DNA of 27,167 nucleotides from Nitrospirota bacterium (GTDB lineage: Bacteria > Nitrospirota > Thermodesulfovibrionia > Thermodesulfovibrionales > Dissulfurispiraceae). The notes beneath the pieces were generated by a model. It ran no database searches, was not told the origin of the DNA, and was given only the letters and a program-made list of their open reading frames with translations. The position numbers were made by a program, and so were the translations under genes. The number at the start of each line of letters is the position of its first letter. Position 1 is the stretch's first letter. Of this stretch, positions 9,052 to 17,258 are shown piece by piece. Location: the NCBI GenBank assembly GCA_040754455.1, contig JBFMCP010000012.1, forward strand, positions 1 through 27,167, written 5' to 3'.

Positions 9052-9073
9052 AGATGATTTTAGCAGCTTTTTG

Positions 9074-9703
9074 TCAGCTCCGGATACGCGTCTTCTGTTT
9101 TAGGAGTACGGAGGGTTCCTCATATCTTTTCGGACAAGATACCTCTTTCCATTCGCCGGGCTTGAGGTCGCCCAATTTCCATGGCCCGATGCCTTCGCGG
9201 ATCAGGCGCAGGGTCGGGTGGCCCACGGCAGCGGTCATACGGCGCACCTGGCGGTTCCTGCCTTCGGTAATAACAAGCCTCAGCCAGGTGGTAGGGATGT
9301 TTTTCCGGTAACGTATCGGCGGAACGCGGGGCCAGAGGCTGGCCGGCTCTTCTATGATATCCACCTTTGCCGGTTTCGTCATGCCGTCTTTGAGCAGCAC
9401 TCCTTTTCTGAGCTTTTTGAGTGTAGATTCATCGGGCGCTCCCTCGACCTGTACGAGGTAGGTCTTTGGGAGCTTGTGCCGCGGGTCGGCAATGCGGTGC
9501 TGGAGGGGGCCGTCATTGGTGAGCACCACCAGCCCCTCGCTGTCGTAATCGAGACGGCCTGCCGCATAGACGTCCGGTATCGGCACATAATCGGCGAGTG
9601 TCGGACGGCCTTCCGTGTCTGTGAACTGACAGAGTACATGAAAAGGCTTATTGAGGAGAATCAATCGGAGACGCTGAGCCCCGCTCACCAATTTTGTGTT
9701 CAT
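9074..9703 (-). CDS. rluE: RsuA-family rRNA pseudouridine synthase, RluE-like
   Basis: NKPFHVLCQFTD, GRLDYDSEGL (catalytic Asp), PPIRYRKNIPT, EGRNRQVRRMTAAVGHPTLRL; no S4 domain. Confidence 0.88.
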   Translation of the reverse strand: MNTKLVSGAQRLRLILLNKPFHVLCQFTDTEGRPTLADYVPIPDVYAAGRLDYDSEGLVVLTNDGPLQHRIADPRHKLPKTYLVQVEGAPDESTLKKLRKGVLLKDGMTKPAKVDIIEEPASLWPRVPPIRYRKNIPTTWLRLVITEGRNRQVRRMTAAVGHPTLRLIREGIGPWKLGDLKPGEWKEVSCPKRYEEPSVLLKQKTRIRS

Positions 9704-9747
9704 TCACTATTATAAAAGGAAAACGCGGCAGATGCACGGAACTATAA

Positions 9748-9774
9748 GGCGGACCGATAAGAGATCGGTCCGCC
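9748..9774 (-). terminator. hairpin downstream of the lipoprotein gene
   Basis: ggcggaccgat-aagag-atcggtccgcc, 11-bp perfect stem; weak U tract. Confidence 0.55.
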
Positions 9775-9786
9775 GTGTACTACAGA

Positions 9787-10401
9787 TTATCTGACGACAA
9801 AACTCGTCTCCCGTGAATCGCTCATGTTCCCTGCCCTGACAGTGGTCACCACCGTATAGGTGCCGTCAGATGCGCTGGGAGGGATCGTGATGGGCATTGA
9901 GGAGGTATAGGTGCCGTCCTCGCGGACGACCTTCATTTCAGGCCTGCCGAAGAGCTCTCCCTTATGCCGTATCTCCCGAGTCTCGGTGACCTCCATCCCC
10001 TGGCTGGTGCCGGCGCCGAGGATTGCATAGGTCATCTTGATGTCCACCTGTTCGCCGCGCCGCACGGTCGTGGGCGTGACGGCGCTGTTCTCAATGCGCA
10101 CCATCGTCCCTCGTGACGGCTGGTAATTATACGCCTGCGCTGTCTGCTGGGCCGTGCGCTGCTTGTCGACGGCATAGTGTCCTATCGCACCGCCGGCGAG
10201 CGCGCCGAGCACACCGCCCAGGACCGCCATCTCGGTCTTCGCTCCTTTCGATCCCAGCAGCGCCCCTGCGATTGCACCTGTTGCCGCACCGATTCCCGCA
10301 CCTGTTGCTGCGCCTTTATGTTCTTCCGGAACCGAGGCACAGCCGAAGAGGGCAACGATAAAGGATACGGTAATGAGTGATGCAGTGATTTTGCGATACA
10401 T
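9787..10401 (-). CDS. glycine-zipper lipoprotein with C-terminal beta-rich domain
   Basis: SD aaggagg, MYRKITAS...LFGC lipobox, GAATGAGIGAATGAIAG / GGVLGALAGGAIG glycine zipper. Confidence 0.85.
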   Translation of the reverse strand: MYRKITASLITVSFIVALFGCASVPEEHKGAATGAGIGAATGAIAGALLGSKGAKTEMAVLGGVLGALAGGAIGHYAVDKQRTAQQTAQAYNYQPSRGTMVRIENSAVTPTTVRRGEQVDIKMTYAILGAGTSQGMEVTETREIRHKGELFGRPEMKVVREDGTYTSSMPITIPPSASDGTYTVVTTVRAGNMSDSRETSFVVR

Positions 10402-10432
10402 GTGTGACCTCCTTTTTAAAGATTCCTTTTTC

Positions 10433-10461
10433 ACTATACAAACTCGTCGGCAACATTTCAA
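10433..10461 (-). promoter_or_regulatory. sigma70 promoter
   Basis: Minus strand TTGAAA, 17 bp, TATAGT upstream of the lipoprotein gene. Confidence 0.65.
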
Positions 10462-10535
10462 GGGAACATTGCGGAGCTCTCTTTATATTTTAGTATTTTC
10501 AACAGGCATGTACATCCCCTTCCTGCCGATAAAAT

Positions 10536-10571
10536 AAAAAAACGGCACTATACGTTTTCCCGTATAGTGCC
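10536..10571 (-). terminator. intrinsic terminator
   Basis: Minus strand ggcactatacg-ggaaaa-cgtatagtgcc-g followed by T7. Confidence 0.85.
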
Positions 10572-10697
10572 TGAAGAAGAGTGTATTTGTTGGGGGAGAA
10601 CAAATACACCAGCAGAGGGCGAAGAGCATGTATCCTTCTGCGGACTACTTTCGGTAAAAATGTGTGCTCGGTGATTGCATACAGCTCGCGGCAATCT

Positions 10698-11153
10698 CTA
10701 CAAGGCGAGGCTTGCCTCTGCCTGACGGTCGGCTTCGCCCGCAGTGCGTTCCTGATTTATCCCGTATGCCTTGTAGCCGAGCATCCGTAAGGCGGCGACG
10801 ACTCTTTCCTGCTCATGCTCTGCAGCACAGCAAATAATAATGTCCTTGCTCATGGGGAGCCTTGCCAGGTTCTCTGGCCGGAGCATATCCTTGAACAGAA
10901 TATTAACGGCTCCCGGGAGGTGGCTCCTCTCGTAGTCACTTTTGTGGCGCATATCGATGATGAGGAAATCCTGACCGCCTGATCTGATGAGATCCATGGC
11001 CTCGTGGGCATGGTGATATCTCTCTTCGTGCGGAGCGGGCAAGGGCCTGTCTTCCAGGAGTGCACTGTTCCGCGCATCTATTGCTCCGCCGATCAGGGAG
11101 AGCATAATAAGCGAGCCGAGTAGTATTGCGATATATGATAGTACGCTCCTCAC
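10698..11153 (-). CDS. rhodanese-like domain protein with N-terminal TM/signal segment
   Basis: IIDMR...YERSHLPGAVNI, DIIICC, ALRMLGY; GTG start at 11153 with SD gggagg (track start 11207). Confidence 0.8.
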   Translation of the reverse strand: MRSVLSYIAILLGSLIMLSLIGGAIDARNSALLEDRPLPAPHEERYHHAHEAMDLIRSGGQDFLIIDMRHKSDYERSHLPGAVNILFKDMLRPENLARLPMSKDIIICCAAEHEQERVVAALRMLGYKAYGINQERTAGEADRQAEASLAL

Positions 11154-11242
11154 CGCATCCTCCCTGATCGGATTGATGTGAGTCGCCTGCATTCGTATTC
11201 GTAGCACCCGGCCTGCTTCCTTGTATCATTACTTCTCATTGT

Positions 11243-11419
11243 TCAGCTCTTCTTTGCGGTTTTTTTTTGAGGCCCCCCTCTTTTGAGCAGGAGCTTTTCG
11301 ATCTGCCGGTAAATCTGCTGAGCTCGCTCCGTATTCCCCGAGAAATATGCAATAGCCGCGTCCTGTGATAGAGCACTGATTACCTCGCTCATCTCTTGAA
11401 CCGTCTCATCATCGTACAT
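11243..11419 (-). CDS. 58-aa hypothetical micro-protein
   Basis: Hand translation MYDDETVQEMSEVISALSQDAAIAYFSGNTERAQQIYRQIEKLLLKRGGPQKKTAKKS*; SD GGGAGG; sigma54 promoter upstream. Not in the ORF track. Confidence 0.65.
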   Translation of the reverse strand: MYDDETVQEMSEVISALSQDAAIAYFSGNTERAQQIYRQIEKLLLKRGGPQKKTAKKS

Positions 11420-11480
11420 AGCTGCCTCCCTGTCGAAGCCGATCGCCGATCCTGTGGCGAACGCTGTTCTCCTTTCTTAA

Positions 11481-11496
11481 AGCAGAAACAATGCCA
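11481..11496 (-). promoter_or_regulatory. sigma54 (-24/-12) promoter
   Basis: Minus strand TGGCAT-TGTTT-CTGCT (GG-N10-GC); IHF-like AATCAAtgagATA at 11526-11538. Confidence 0.6.
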
Positions 11497-11705
11497 GGCG
11501 GGAAAAGCCATCTGGTTGCCTTCTCAATCAATGAGATAAGTAAAGGTGAGCAAAAGGCGGGATAGCGGAAGGGGTGCAACAGATTTCGGTTGAGATTTTT
11601 TATTATCCTTGAATCACAAAGAGTTCATGAAACGCAATTAATGTTGCTGCCGCAAAAAATGTCGCATCTTTCCGATCATGGTACATGGTGCTTGCAGGCA
11701 GCCCG

Positions 11706-12362
11706 CTAAAGGATATCAGGCTTATCGCTGGCGATGCCGTCGACCCCTTTGGCCTTGTATGCATTCGCCTCTCTTTTGGTATTGATCGTCCAAACGATTA
11801 CCTTTAGGTTGTTTTTATGGGCGGTCTCGATATCTTTGGCATGAATGATCTTATAGAGAGGAACGAGGTACTGCGCTTGCAACGTGAGTGCGGCGGCGAT
11901 GGGATTTCTATGTTTCGCATAAATCAGCCCGGTCTCGATCTTCCCGTCCAGTGCCCTGACCGCTGCAAGCGCTGCTTCATGGAAGGAGACCACAATCACA
12001 CGGTCGAGCACCTTCTGTCGTTTAATAATCTCCAGTACCTTCTCCTCACTGCCGACTTCTTTCAGCTCTACGAGGATTTTATCGACAGTTTTGTCGATGA
12101 ATTGCAGGGCCTCCTCGAGCGTCAATATTCTCTCTCCGGTGACCTGCTTTAATTCTTTCAGGGTTGCCAGGTGCACCGGGATATCATCGCCGAATACTCT
12201 TTTCAGGTTATCATCGTGAATGATAATGAGCTCTCCATCCTTTGTTTTCCGCACGTCAAATTCAACGGCATTTGCGCCGAGCTCGATCGCCTTCTGAAAG
12301 CTCTCGAGCGTATTCTCTACTTCGTATGCTTTTGCACCGCGATGTCCGACCTTGAGAAACAT
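11706..12362 (-). CDS. glycerophosphodiester phosphodiesterase (GDPD, UgpQ/GlpQ family)
   Basis: GHRGA, ENTLESF, EFDV..TKDG...IHD, VELK, WTIN, GVDGIASD; SD gagga before MFLKVGH. Confidence 0.93.
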   Translation of the reverse strand: MFLKVGHRGAKAYEVENTLESFQKAIELGANAVEFDVRKTKDGELIIIHDDNLKRVFGDDIPVHLATLKELKQVTGERILTLEEALQFIDKTVDKILVELKEVGSEEKVLEIIKRQKVLDRVIVVSFHEAALAAVRALDGKIETGLIYAKHRNPIAAALTLQAQYLVPLYKIIHAKDIETAHKNNLKVIVWTINTKREANAYKAKGVDGIASDKPDIL

Positions 12363-12520
12363 AGATATTTCCTCTTTTCTATTAAAGAGCATGCATCTTA
12401 ATTACATTTTAGCAACACTTTTCAAAATAAGCACGACACCGGGGCACGATGTGTCAGAAGCCGCGTGAGCGGTATGATGTTGTAAAGGTAGTACATTATG
12501 TGAGCATCAAAGAGGAGATT

Positions 12521-12613
12521 ACGAAAGCTGTTACGGTGAATGGAAGTCCGCGCAAGGGAGGAAATACCGAGCCCCTCCTGCAGAAAGTAATCGAACTGAT
12601 TGCGGCTGCCTGA
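12521..12613 (+). pseudogene. N-terminal remnant of a flavodoxin-fold NADPH-dependent FMN reductase / iron-sulfur flavoprotein
   Basis: SD agaggag, then ACG-AAA-GCT... giving (T)KAVTVNGSPRKGGNTEPLLQKVIELIAAA*; the NGSPRKGGNT FMN-binding loop is diagnostic; start codon is ACG and stop comes at codon 31. Confidence 0.75.
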
Positions 12614-12649
12614 TTCGTGCATGTCCTGTTCACATGAGAACGTACGTGC

Positions 12650-14797
12650 TTATCTCGTGCTGTGTGTTTCCAGCAACGCAATGAACTCTTCTGCGGGCAG
12701 AGGTGCGCTGAAAATGTTTCCCTGGATCTCATCACAGTTGTGCAATCTCAGGAACTCGAGCTGTTCTTCTGACTCCACTCCTTCTGCGAGGACCCTGAGC
12801 TTGAGCGTATGGGCGAGCCCGATCACTGCAGCGACAATGGCCTGGTAGTCGGCGTCACGGGTGAGGTCCTTAATGAAAGACTGGTCGATTTTGATTTTAT
12901 GAAGCGGCAGCTGCTTCAGGTAGCTCAGTGCGGAATAGCCGGTGCCGAAATCATCTATGGCCACATGAATACCCATACCGATCAGTGCCGCGAGGGTACG
13001 GGCGGTGAGCTCGGTATCATGCATAGCAATGGTCTCGGTGATCTCAATGCTCAGCAATTTCGGGTCAGCGCCTGTAGTACTGAGCACGTCGGCGACCAAT
13101 CGGGCAACATTGCCATGCTGGAACTGTCGGGCCGAAAGGTTCACCGAGATGCAGGGCGACGCCAGGCCCTTTCTGCTCCACTCCATTATCTGTGAGCAGA
13201 CCGTGCGCAGCATCCACTCATCGATTTTCGTGATGAGCCCGGTCTCCTCGGCAGTGGGGATGAATTGTTTGGGCTTGAGCAGCCCGAGCTCGGGATGCTG
13301 CCAGCGCACCAGCGCTTCGGCACAGACGATCTGCCGGGTGCTTATATCGATCTGGGGCTGGTAGTGCACGACCAGCTCGCCGCGATCAATGGATTCACGG
13401 AGCCGGTTCTCGAGCAGGAGTCTCTCGATAGTGCGCAGGTTCAGTGCAGCATCAAAGAACTGGAAGTTGTTTCTTCCCTCCTCCTTGGCATGGTACATGG
13501 CAATATCGGCGTTCTTCAGCAGAAGGTCAGGGACGCGGCCATCATGGGGATACATACTGATGCCGATACTGGCAGTGATGTGGAGTGTTTGGTGATCAAT
13601 CGTGAAGGGCTCCTGAAAGAGCGCAAGAATTTTTTCAGCGATATGCACTGTATCATCAGTATGGGCGATAAGCGGCAGGATCATGGTGAATTCATCCGCT
13701 CCGATGCGTGCCAGTGTATCGTTTTCTCGGATACAGGTGCTCAGACGTTCGGCCACCTGCCGTATGAGGCGGTCTCCGGCGGCATGCCCCAGGGAGTCAT
13801 TGATCTGTTTAAAGCGGTCCAGGTCAATAAAGAATACGGCAAGCATTCTCCCCAGACGCTTGGCCTGGGCGGTCTCAAAATCGAGCCGGTCCATGAAGAG
13901 CGCTTTATTGGGAAGTCCGGTAAGCGGATCGTAGTAGGTTTGCTGCCTGATGATCTCCTGTGCCTGCTCCCGCTCAATGATTTCAGCCCGTAACTGCTCG
14001 TTGATCCGCTTCAGATCGGATGTTCTTTCAGCAACGAGCTTTTCGAGCTGATTGCGGTGATTCCTGAGCTCGGCTTCGACCCGCTGTTTTGCATCGATCT
14101 CTGCCAGGAGCTTTCGGTTCAATTCCTCGGTTTCTTCTGTGGTGCATTGCAGGCGGTCGATCATCTGAATATTTTCGAACCTGAGCAGCAGCGATGTCCT
14201 GTTGACCTGGTAATTGTACTGGGAAACTTTCCAGAGAAGGAAGCCGAACAGAAAGATCATCCCCCCCATGGCGTAATGGAATTGATCACCTGCAAGGAGA
14301 AACCGCATGCCGAGCGGCACCAGTGCTGGAATGCTGTAGGCGAGATATCCCTCTTTCCGTGCTGAGAAGGTTGCCGCTGCTCCTGCCGCCATGCCGCCCA
14401 GCACAAAGGCGAGGAATACCCGGTGGGCAAGAGAAACTGCGGAAAAGGGGAGAAGACCGATACTTCCCCATGCTGCACCGGTGAGCGCCAGTCCGGCGAT
14501 GAAACGCTTTCCCCATATGCGTGCATCTGCCGGCGTGACCCTGGTGCTCCGATACTTCAGCACAAGAGCAATTCTGAGCATGGTAATGCTTACGATTGCG
14601 GCAAACCATGCAGCGAGCATGCGATAGGGCATTTCTCCCTGCATGATAAAAAAGACGAGGGTTGCATTAACAAGTGTCGCAATAAACCCCAAAGGCGACA
14701 GAGTATAAAGCTGCCGGACCTGCTCGGTAAGGATCTCCTCATTATGATCCTTCTGATTTTTTGGTGGGCTGATGTCGGCCATATGCTTGTGGAGCAT
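12650..14797 (-). CDS. membrane-bound GGDEF-EAL c-di-GMP turnover protein
   Basis: Several N-terminal TM helices, coiled coil, DPLTGLPN, GADEF, EAL (AEALVRW), DDFGTGYS, AEGVE; start 14797 or 14782. Confidence 0.92.
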   Translation of the reverse strand: MLHKHMADISPPKNQKDHNEEILTEQVRQLYTLSPLGFIATLVNATLVFFIMQGEMPYRMLAAWFAAIVSITMLRIALVLKYRSTRVTPADARIWGKRFIAGLALTGAAWGSIGLLPFSAVSLAHRVFLAFVLGGMAAGAAATFSARKEGYLAYSIPALVPLGMRFLLAGDQFHYAMGGMIFLFGFLLWKVSQYNYQVNRTSLLLRFENIQMIDRLQCTTEETEELNRKLLAEIDAKQRVEAELRNHRNQLEKLVAERTSDLKRINEQLRAEIIEREQAQEIIRQQTYYDPLTGLPNKALFMDRLDFETAQAKRLGRMLAVFFIDLDRFKQINDSLGHAAGDRLIRQVAERLSTCIRENDTLARIGADEFTMILPLIAHTDDTVHIAEKILALFQEPFTIDHQTLHITASIGISMYPHDGRVPDLLLKNADIAMYHAKEEGRNNFQFFDAALNLRTIERLLLENRLRESIDRGELVVHYQPQIDISTRQIVCAEALVRWQHPELGLLKPKQFIPTAEETGLITKIDEWMLRTVCSQIMEWSRKGLASPCISVNLSARQFQHGNVARLVADVLSTTGADPKLLSIEITETIAMHDTELTARTLAALIGMGIHVAIDDFGTGYSALSYLKQLPLHKIKIDQSFIKDLTRDADYQAIVAAVIGLAHTLKLRVLAEGVESEEQLEFLRLHNCDEIQGNIFSAPLPAEEFIALLETHSTR

Positions 14798-14944
14798 CGC
14801 GGTGTGTCTGCCCCCCGCTGTTGTGTCCCTCGGTAAAGAGCGGGCACGCTGGAGGTGATTAGAGCAGATGCTCTCTTTAATTGTACCAGGTCCCAGCAGT
14901 TTTAAAAACAATCACCTGTGGGTCCAAAAAGAGAATACAGGCAA

Positions 14945-15754
14945 CTATCTTCCTGCCAGCGAAAGCGCATCAGCAGGGCATGCCTTCCGGCAGAGACCGC
15001 AGCCGAAGCATTTGAGGGGATCAATGAGCGCGATATCCCTGCCGCTGTCCTGTCTGGCAGTGATCGCGCCGAACTGGCAGCGCTCTGCACAGAGTCCGCA
15101 TCCAGAGCACCGGCCGTGGTCCACCCGCGCGACGTATTCGGCCCGCGCCATGGTCTCGACATTGATGCCGGTCAGCGTCCGTATTGCAAGACAACCGTCA
15201 AAGGAGCAGTTGCAGACCGCACCGATGAAGGGGGTCATCATGGTCCATATGGTATGAATTGCACCATGCTCTTCCATCTCCTCCATCTGCTGCACAGCCG
15301 TCTCGCGTGAGAGCGTCTCGAGTCCCTCGTCGAGCGTTGTGCCGAAGTAGCTCATATCGATGCCGTTAAACCAAGGCTCTGGGCCGAAGCTGATGCCGTA
15401 ACAGCAGCGCTGCTCCTTTTTGGTTGAGGCCCAGCGGCAGGCGCAGGGCATCCGGACCACTGCCGCGGCTTTCAGTATCAGCTCCCTGATCTCCTCTATC
15501 GGGAGCACCTGGCCGAAGTGTTCGATTTTTGCCCTCTCCACCATGGCGGTCTTCAGTGATTCGGGCAGGCGGCCTCTTTTTCTGAAAAGGAGTTCGAGTC
15601 GCCCGAGGGTTGCGAAGCCGTCCTTGATGGTTGTCTCAAAAAAACAATGGATGAATCTGCGCCGGTTCAAATCGGCAAGAAGGTCCTGTGCATAGTTTGC
15701 TGCGTTTTTATACCATATCTTTCCGTCGCCATGCTTTGTACAAAACTCGCACAT
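14945..15754 (-). CDS. multi-Cys protein with C-terminal 2x[4Fe-4S] ferredoxin domain
   Basis: CSGCGLCAERCQ and CFGCGLCRKACP; also MCEFCTKH, CACR, CC and CNC....C. Confidence 0.88.
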   Translation of the reverse strand: MCEFCTKHGDGKIWYKNAANYAQDLLADLNRRRFIHCFFETTIKDGFATLGRLELLFRKRGRLPESLKTAMVERAKIEHFGQVLPIEEIRELILKAAAVVRMPCACRWASTKKEQRCCYGISFGPEPWFNGIDMSYFGTTLDEGLETLSRETAVQQMEEMEEHGAIHTIWTMMTPFIGAVCNCSFDGCLAIRTLTGINVETMARAEYVARVDHGRCSGCGLCAERCQFGAITARQDSGRDIALIDPLKCFGCGLCRKACPADALSLAGR

Positions 15755-15924
15755 AGTACTATTGTAAGCACGCAGGATGTGGTTACGCAAATTGATCCTC
15801 GCTGCCATTACTCTGAAGATGCGCTCAAGATTTGTGATTCGACAGTCAGAGCCGGAAGTGCTAAACTTTTTGTAGAGAGTGGTTGCCTAAGGGCATAAGG
15901 ACAGATGGAAGAAGGGAGGTAATC

Positions 15925-16422
15925 ATGAGAACAGCAAAGCTTACCGCTGTAGCGATGATGGTACTTATGGTAATTATAGCAATTGCAAGCTTTACTGCCA
16001 TTGCTCAGGAGATAATGCAGAACAAATCCATTATGATTACCCCCGCCGAGATCAAATGGACCCCTGGCCCGCCGTCGCTCCCTCCGGGAGCAAAGATGGT
16101 CGTACTGGAAGGCGATCCGAAAAGGTCTGAAATGGTGTCGATGCGTATATTGCTCCCCCGCAACTACAAGCTCATGCCGCACACCCATCCGGGTGCTGAG
16201 CGTGTCACCGTCGTATCGGGCACGCTCTTTTTTGGGCCCGGACAGAAAATGGACAAGAAGAAAGCGAAGAAACTGCCGGCGGGAAGCTTCTTTGTCATGC
16301 CGCCTAATACACCGATGTTCGGCTGGACTGAAGACCAGGAAACAGTAATTCAAATCAATGTCATGGGCCCATGGGATATTACCTATATCAATCCCGCTGA
16401 TGACCCGAGAAAGAAGAAATAG
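15925..16422 (+). CDS. exported cupin-domain protein
   Basis: SD ggagg, signal peptide ending AIA, PHTHPGAERVTVVSG cupin motif 1, LPAGSFFVMP. Confidence 0.88.
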   Translation: MRTAKLTAVAMMVLMVIIAIASFTAIAQEIMQNKSIMITPAEIKWTPGPPSLPPGAKMVVLEGDPKRSEMVSMRILLPRNYKLMPHTHPGAERVTVVSGTLFFGPGQKMDKKKAKKLPAGSFFVMPPNTPMFGWTEDQETVIQINVMGPWDITYINPADDPRKKK

Positions 16423-16439
16423 GAAACACTCCCTCAAAA

Positions 16440-16470
16440 GGCGAGGGGGATGTCATGTGTCCCCTTTGCC
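16440..16470 (+). terminator. hairpin after the cupin gene
   Basis: ggcgaggggga...tcccctttgcc stem with G-U pairs; no clear U tract. Confidence 0.4.
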
Positions 16471-16526
16471 ATCATTCCGATTGCAGCTTTGACTGCCTTG
16501 CTGGTGAACTTTAATGGTTACTAATC

Positions 16527-16556
16527 TTGACAGAAGGTTTGTGCGTTCTCTAAAAT
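16527..16556 (+). promoter_or_regulatory. sigma70 promoter of tetR
   Basis: TTGACA, 18 bp, TAAAAT. Confidence 0.7.
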
Positions 16557-16574
16557 AAAACGAACATTCGTTCT
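16557..16574. promoter_or_regulatory. TetR operator candidate 1
   Basis: Palindrome aaAACGAA-ca-TTCGTTct over the predicted TSS; its reverse complement is 16/18 identical to the site at 17206-17223. Confidence 0.7.
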
Positions 16575-16586
16575 GTTTAGAGGATT

Positions 16587-17183
16587 ATGGCTAGAAAGAG
16601 AAAGACAGGAGCAGGTCCCGAGGATGTCCGTTCGCTGATAATGAAGACGGCCCTGGGGCTGTTTACCAGCAAGGGGTATTTCAACACCTCTATCCACGAT
16701 ATCAGGAAAGAGGCTGATATCAGCATTGGCGCAATCTACCACTATTTCAGCAGCAAGGAAGCCATCGTTAAGGCTATTTACGATGATCTGATCTCGCGCA
16801 TGGCAGGCGCCCTGACCGTCATTATAAGGGAGCTCCCTACTGCCCGCGACCGTAGCCAGGCAGTGCTACAATTCCTCTTCGAGATGGCTGAGGAAAATAC
16901 TGAGATGATGCATTTCATTCTTTATGCCCAGCACAGGGAATTCCTGCCGACAGAGCCGCCGATCTGCTCATCAAAACCTTTTGAATTAATGCAAGATATT
17001 GTGAAAGAAGGGATGGTGTCGGGAGAAATCCGGCAGATGGATCCCCTCGTTGCAGCAGCCAGTCTGTACGGCGGTGCCATACGCATGATCCATCTTTATA
17101 TTGACGGCATCCTTGTTCCACCGCTGACGCGCTATCTGGCCGACGTGTGGAGATGCGGCTGGGAGGGAATATCTCGTAAGTAG
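16587..17183 (+). CDS. TetR/AcrR-family transcriptional regulator
   Basis: ALGLFTSKGYFNTSIHDIRKEADISIGAIYHYFSSKE helix-turn-helix. Confidence 0.95.
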   Translation: MARKRKTGAGPEDVRSLIMKTALGLFTSKGYFNTSIHDIRKEADISIGAIYHYFSSKEAIVKAIYDDLISRMAGALTVIIRELPTARDRSQAVLQFLFEMAEENTEMMHFILYAQHREFLPTEPPICSSKPFELMQDIVKEGMVSGEIRQMDPLVAAASLYGGAIRMIHLYIDGILVPPLTRYLADVWRCGWEGISRK

Positions 17184-17205
17184 TTATTTTTTTAGTTCAT
17201 TTAAA

Positions 17206-17223
17206 AGAACGAATGCTCGTTCT
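17206..17223. promoter_or_regulatory. TetR operator candidate 2
   Basis: AGAACGA-atgc-TCGTTCT palindrome upstream of the DsrE gene. Confidence 0.7.
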
Positions 17224-17258
17224 AATTTTACTGCAACTTTTCAGGAGGCTGGTGTTTT

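Noticed and set aside
8671..9057. 128-aa plus-strand ORF, and similar long antisense ORFs (9218-9715, 13265-13993, 15808-16437, 18053-18655, 21489-22205)
   Set aside because: Shadows of well-supported genes on the opposite strand.
10499..10532. GCCGATAA as a sigma28 -10 on the plus strand
   Set aside because: No TAAA/TCAA at 15-bp spacing and no credible plus-strand gene downstream.
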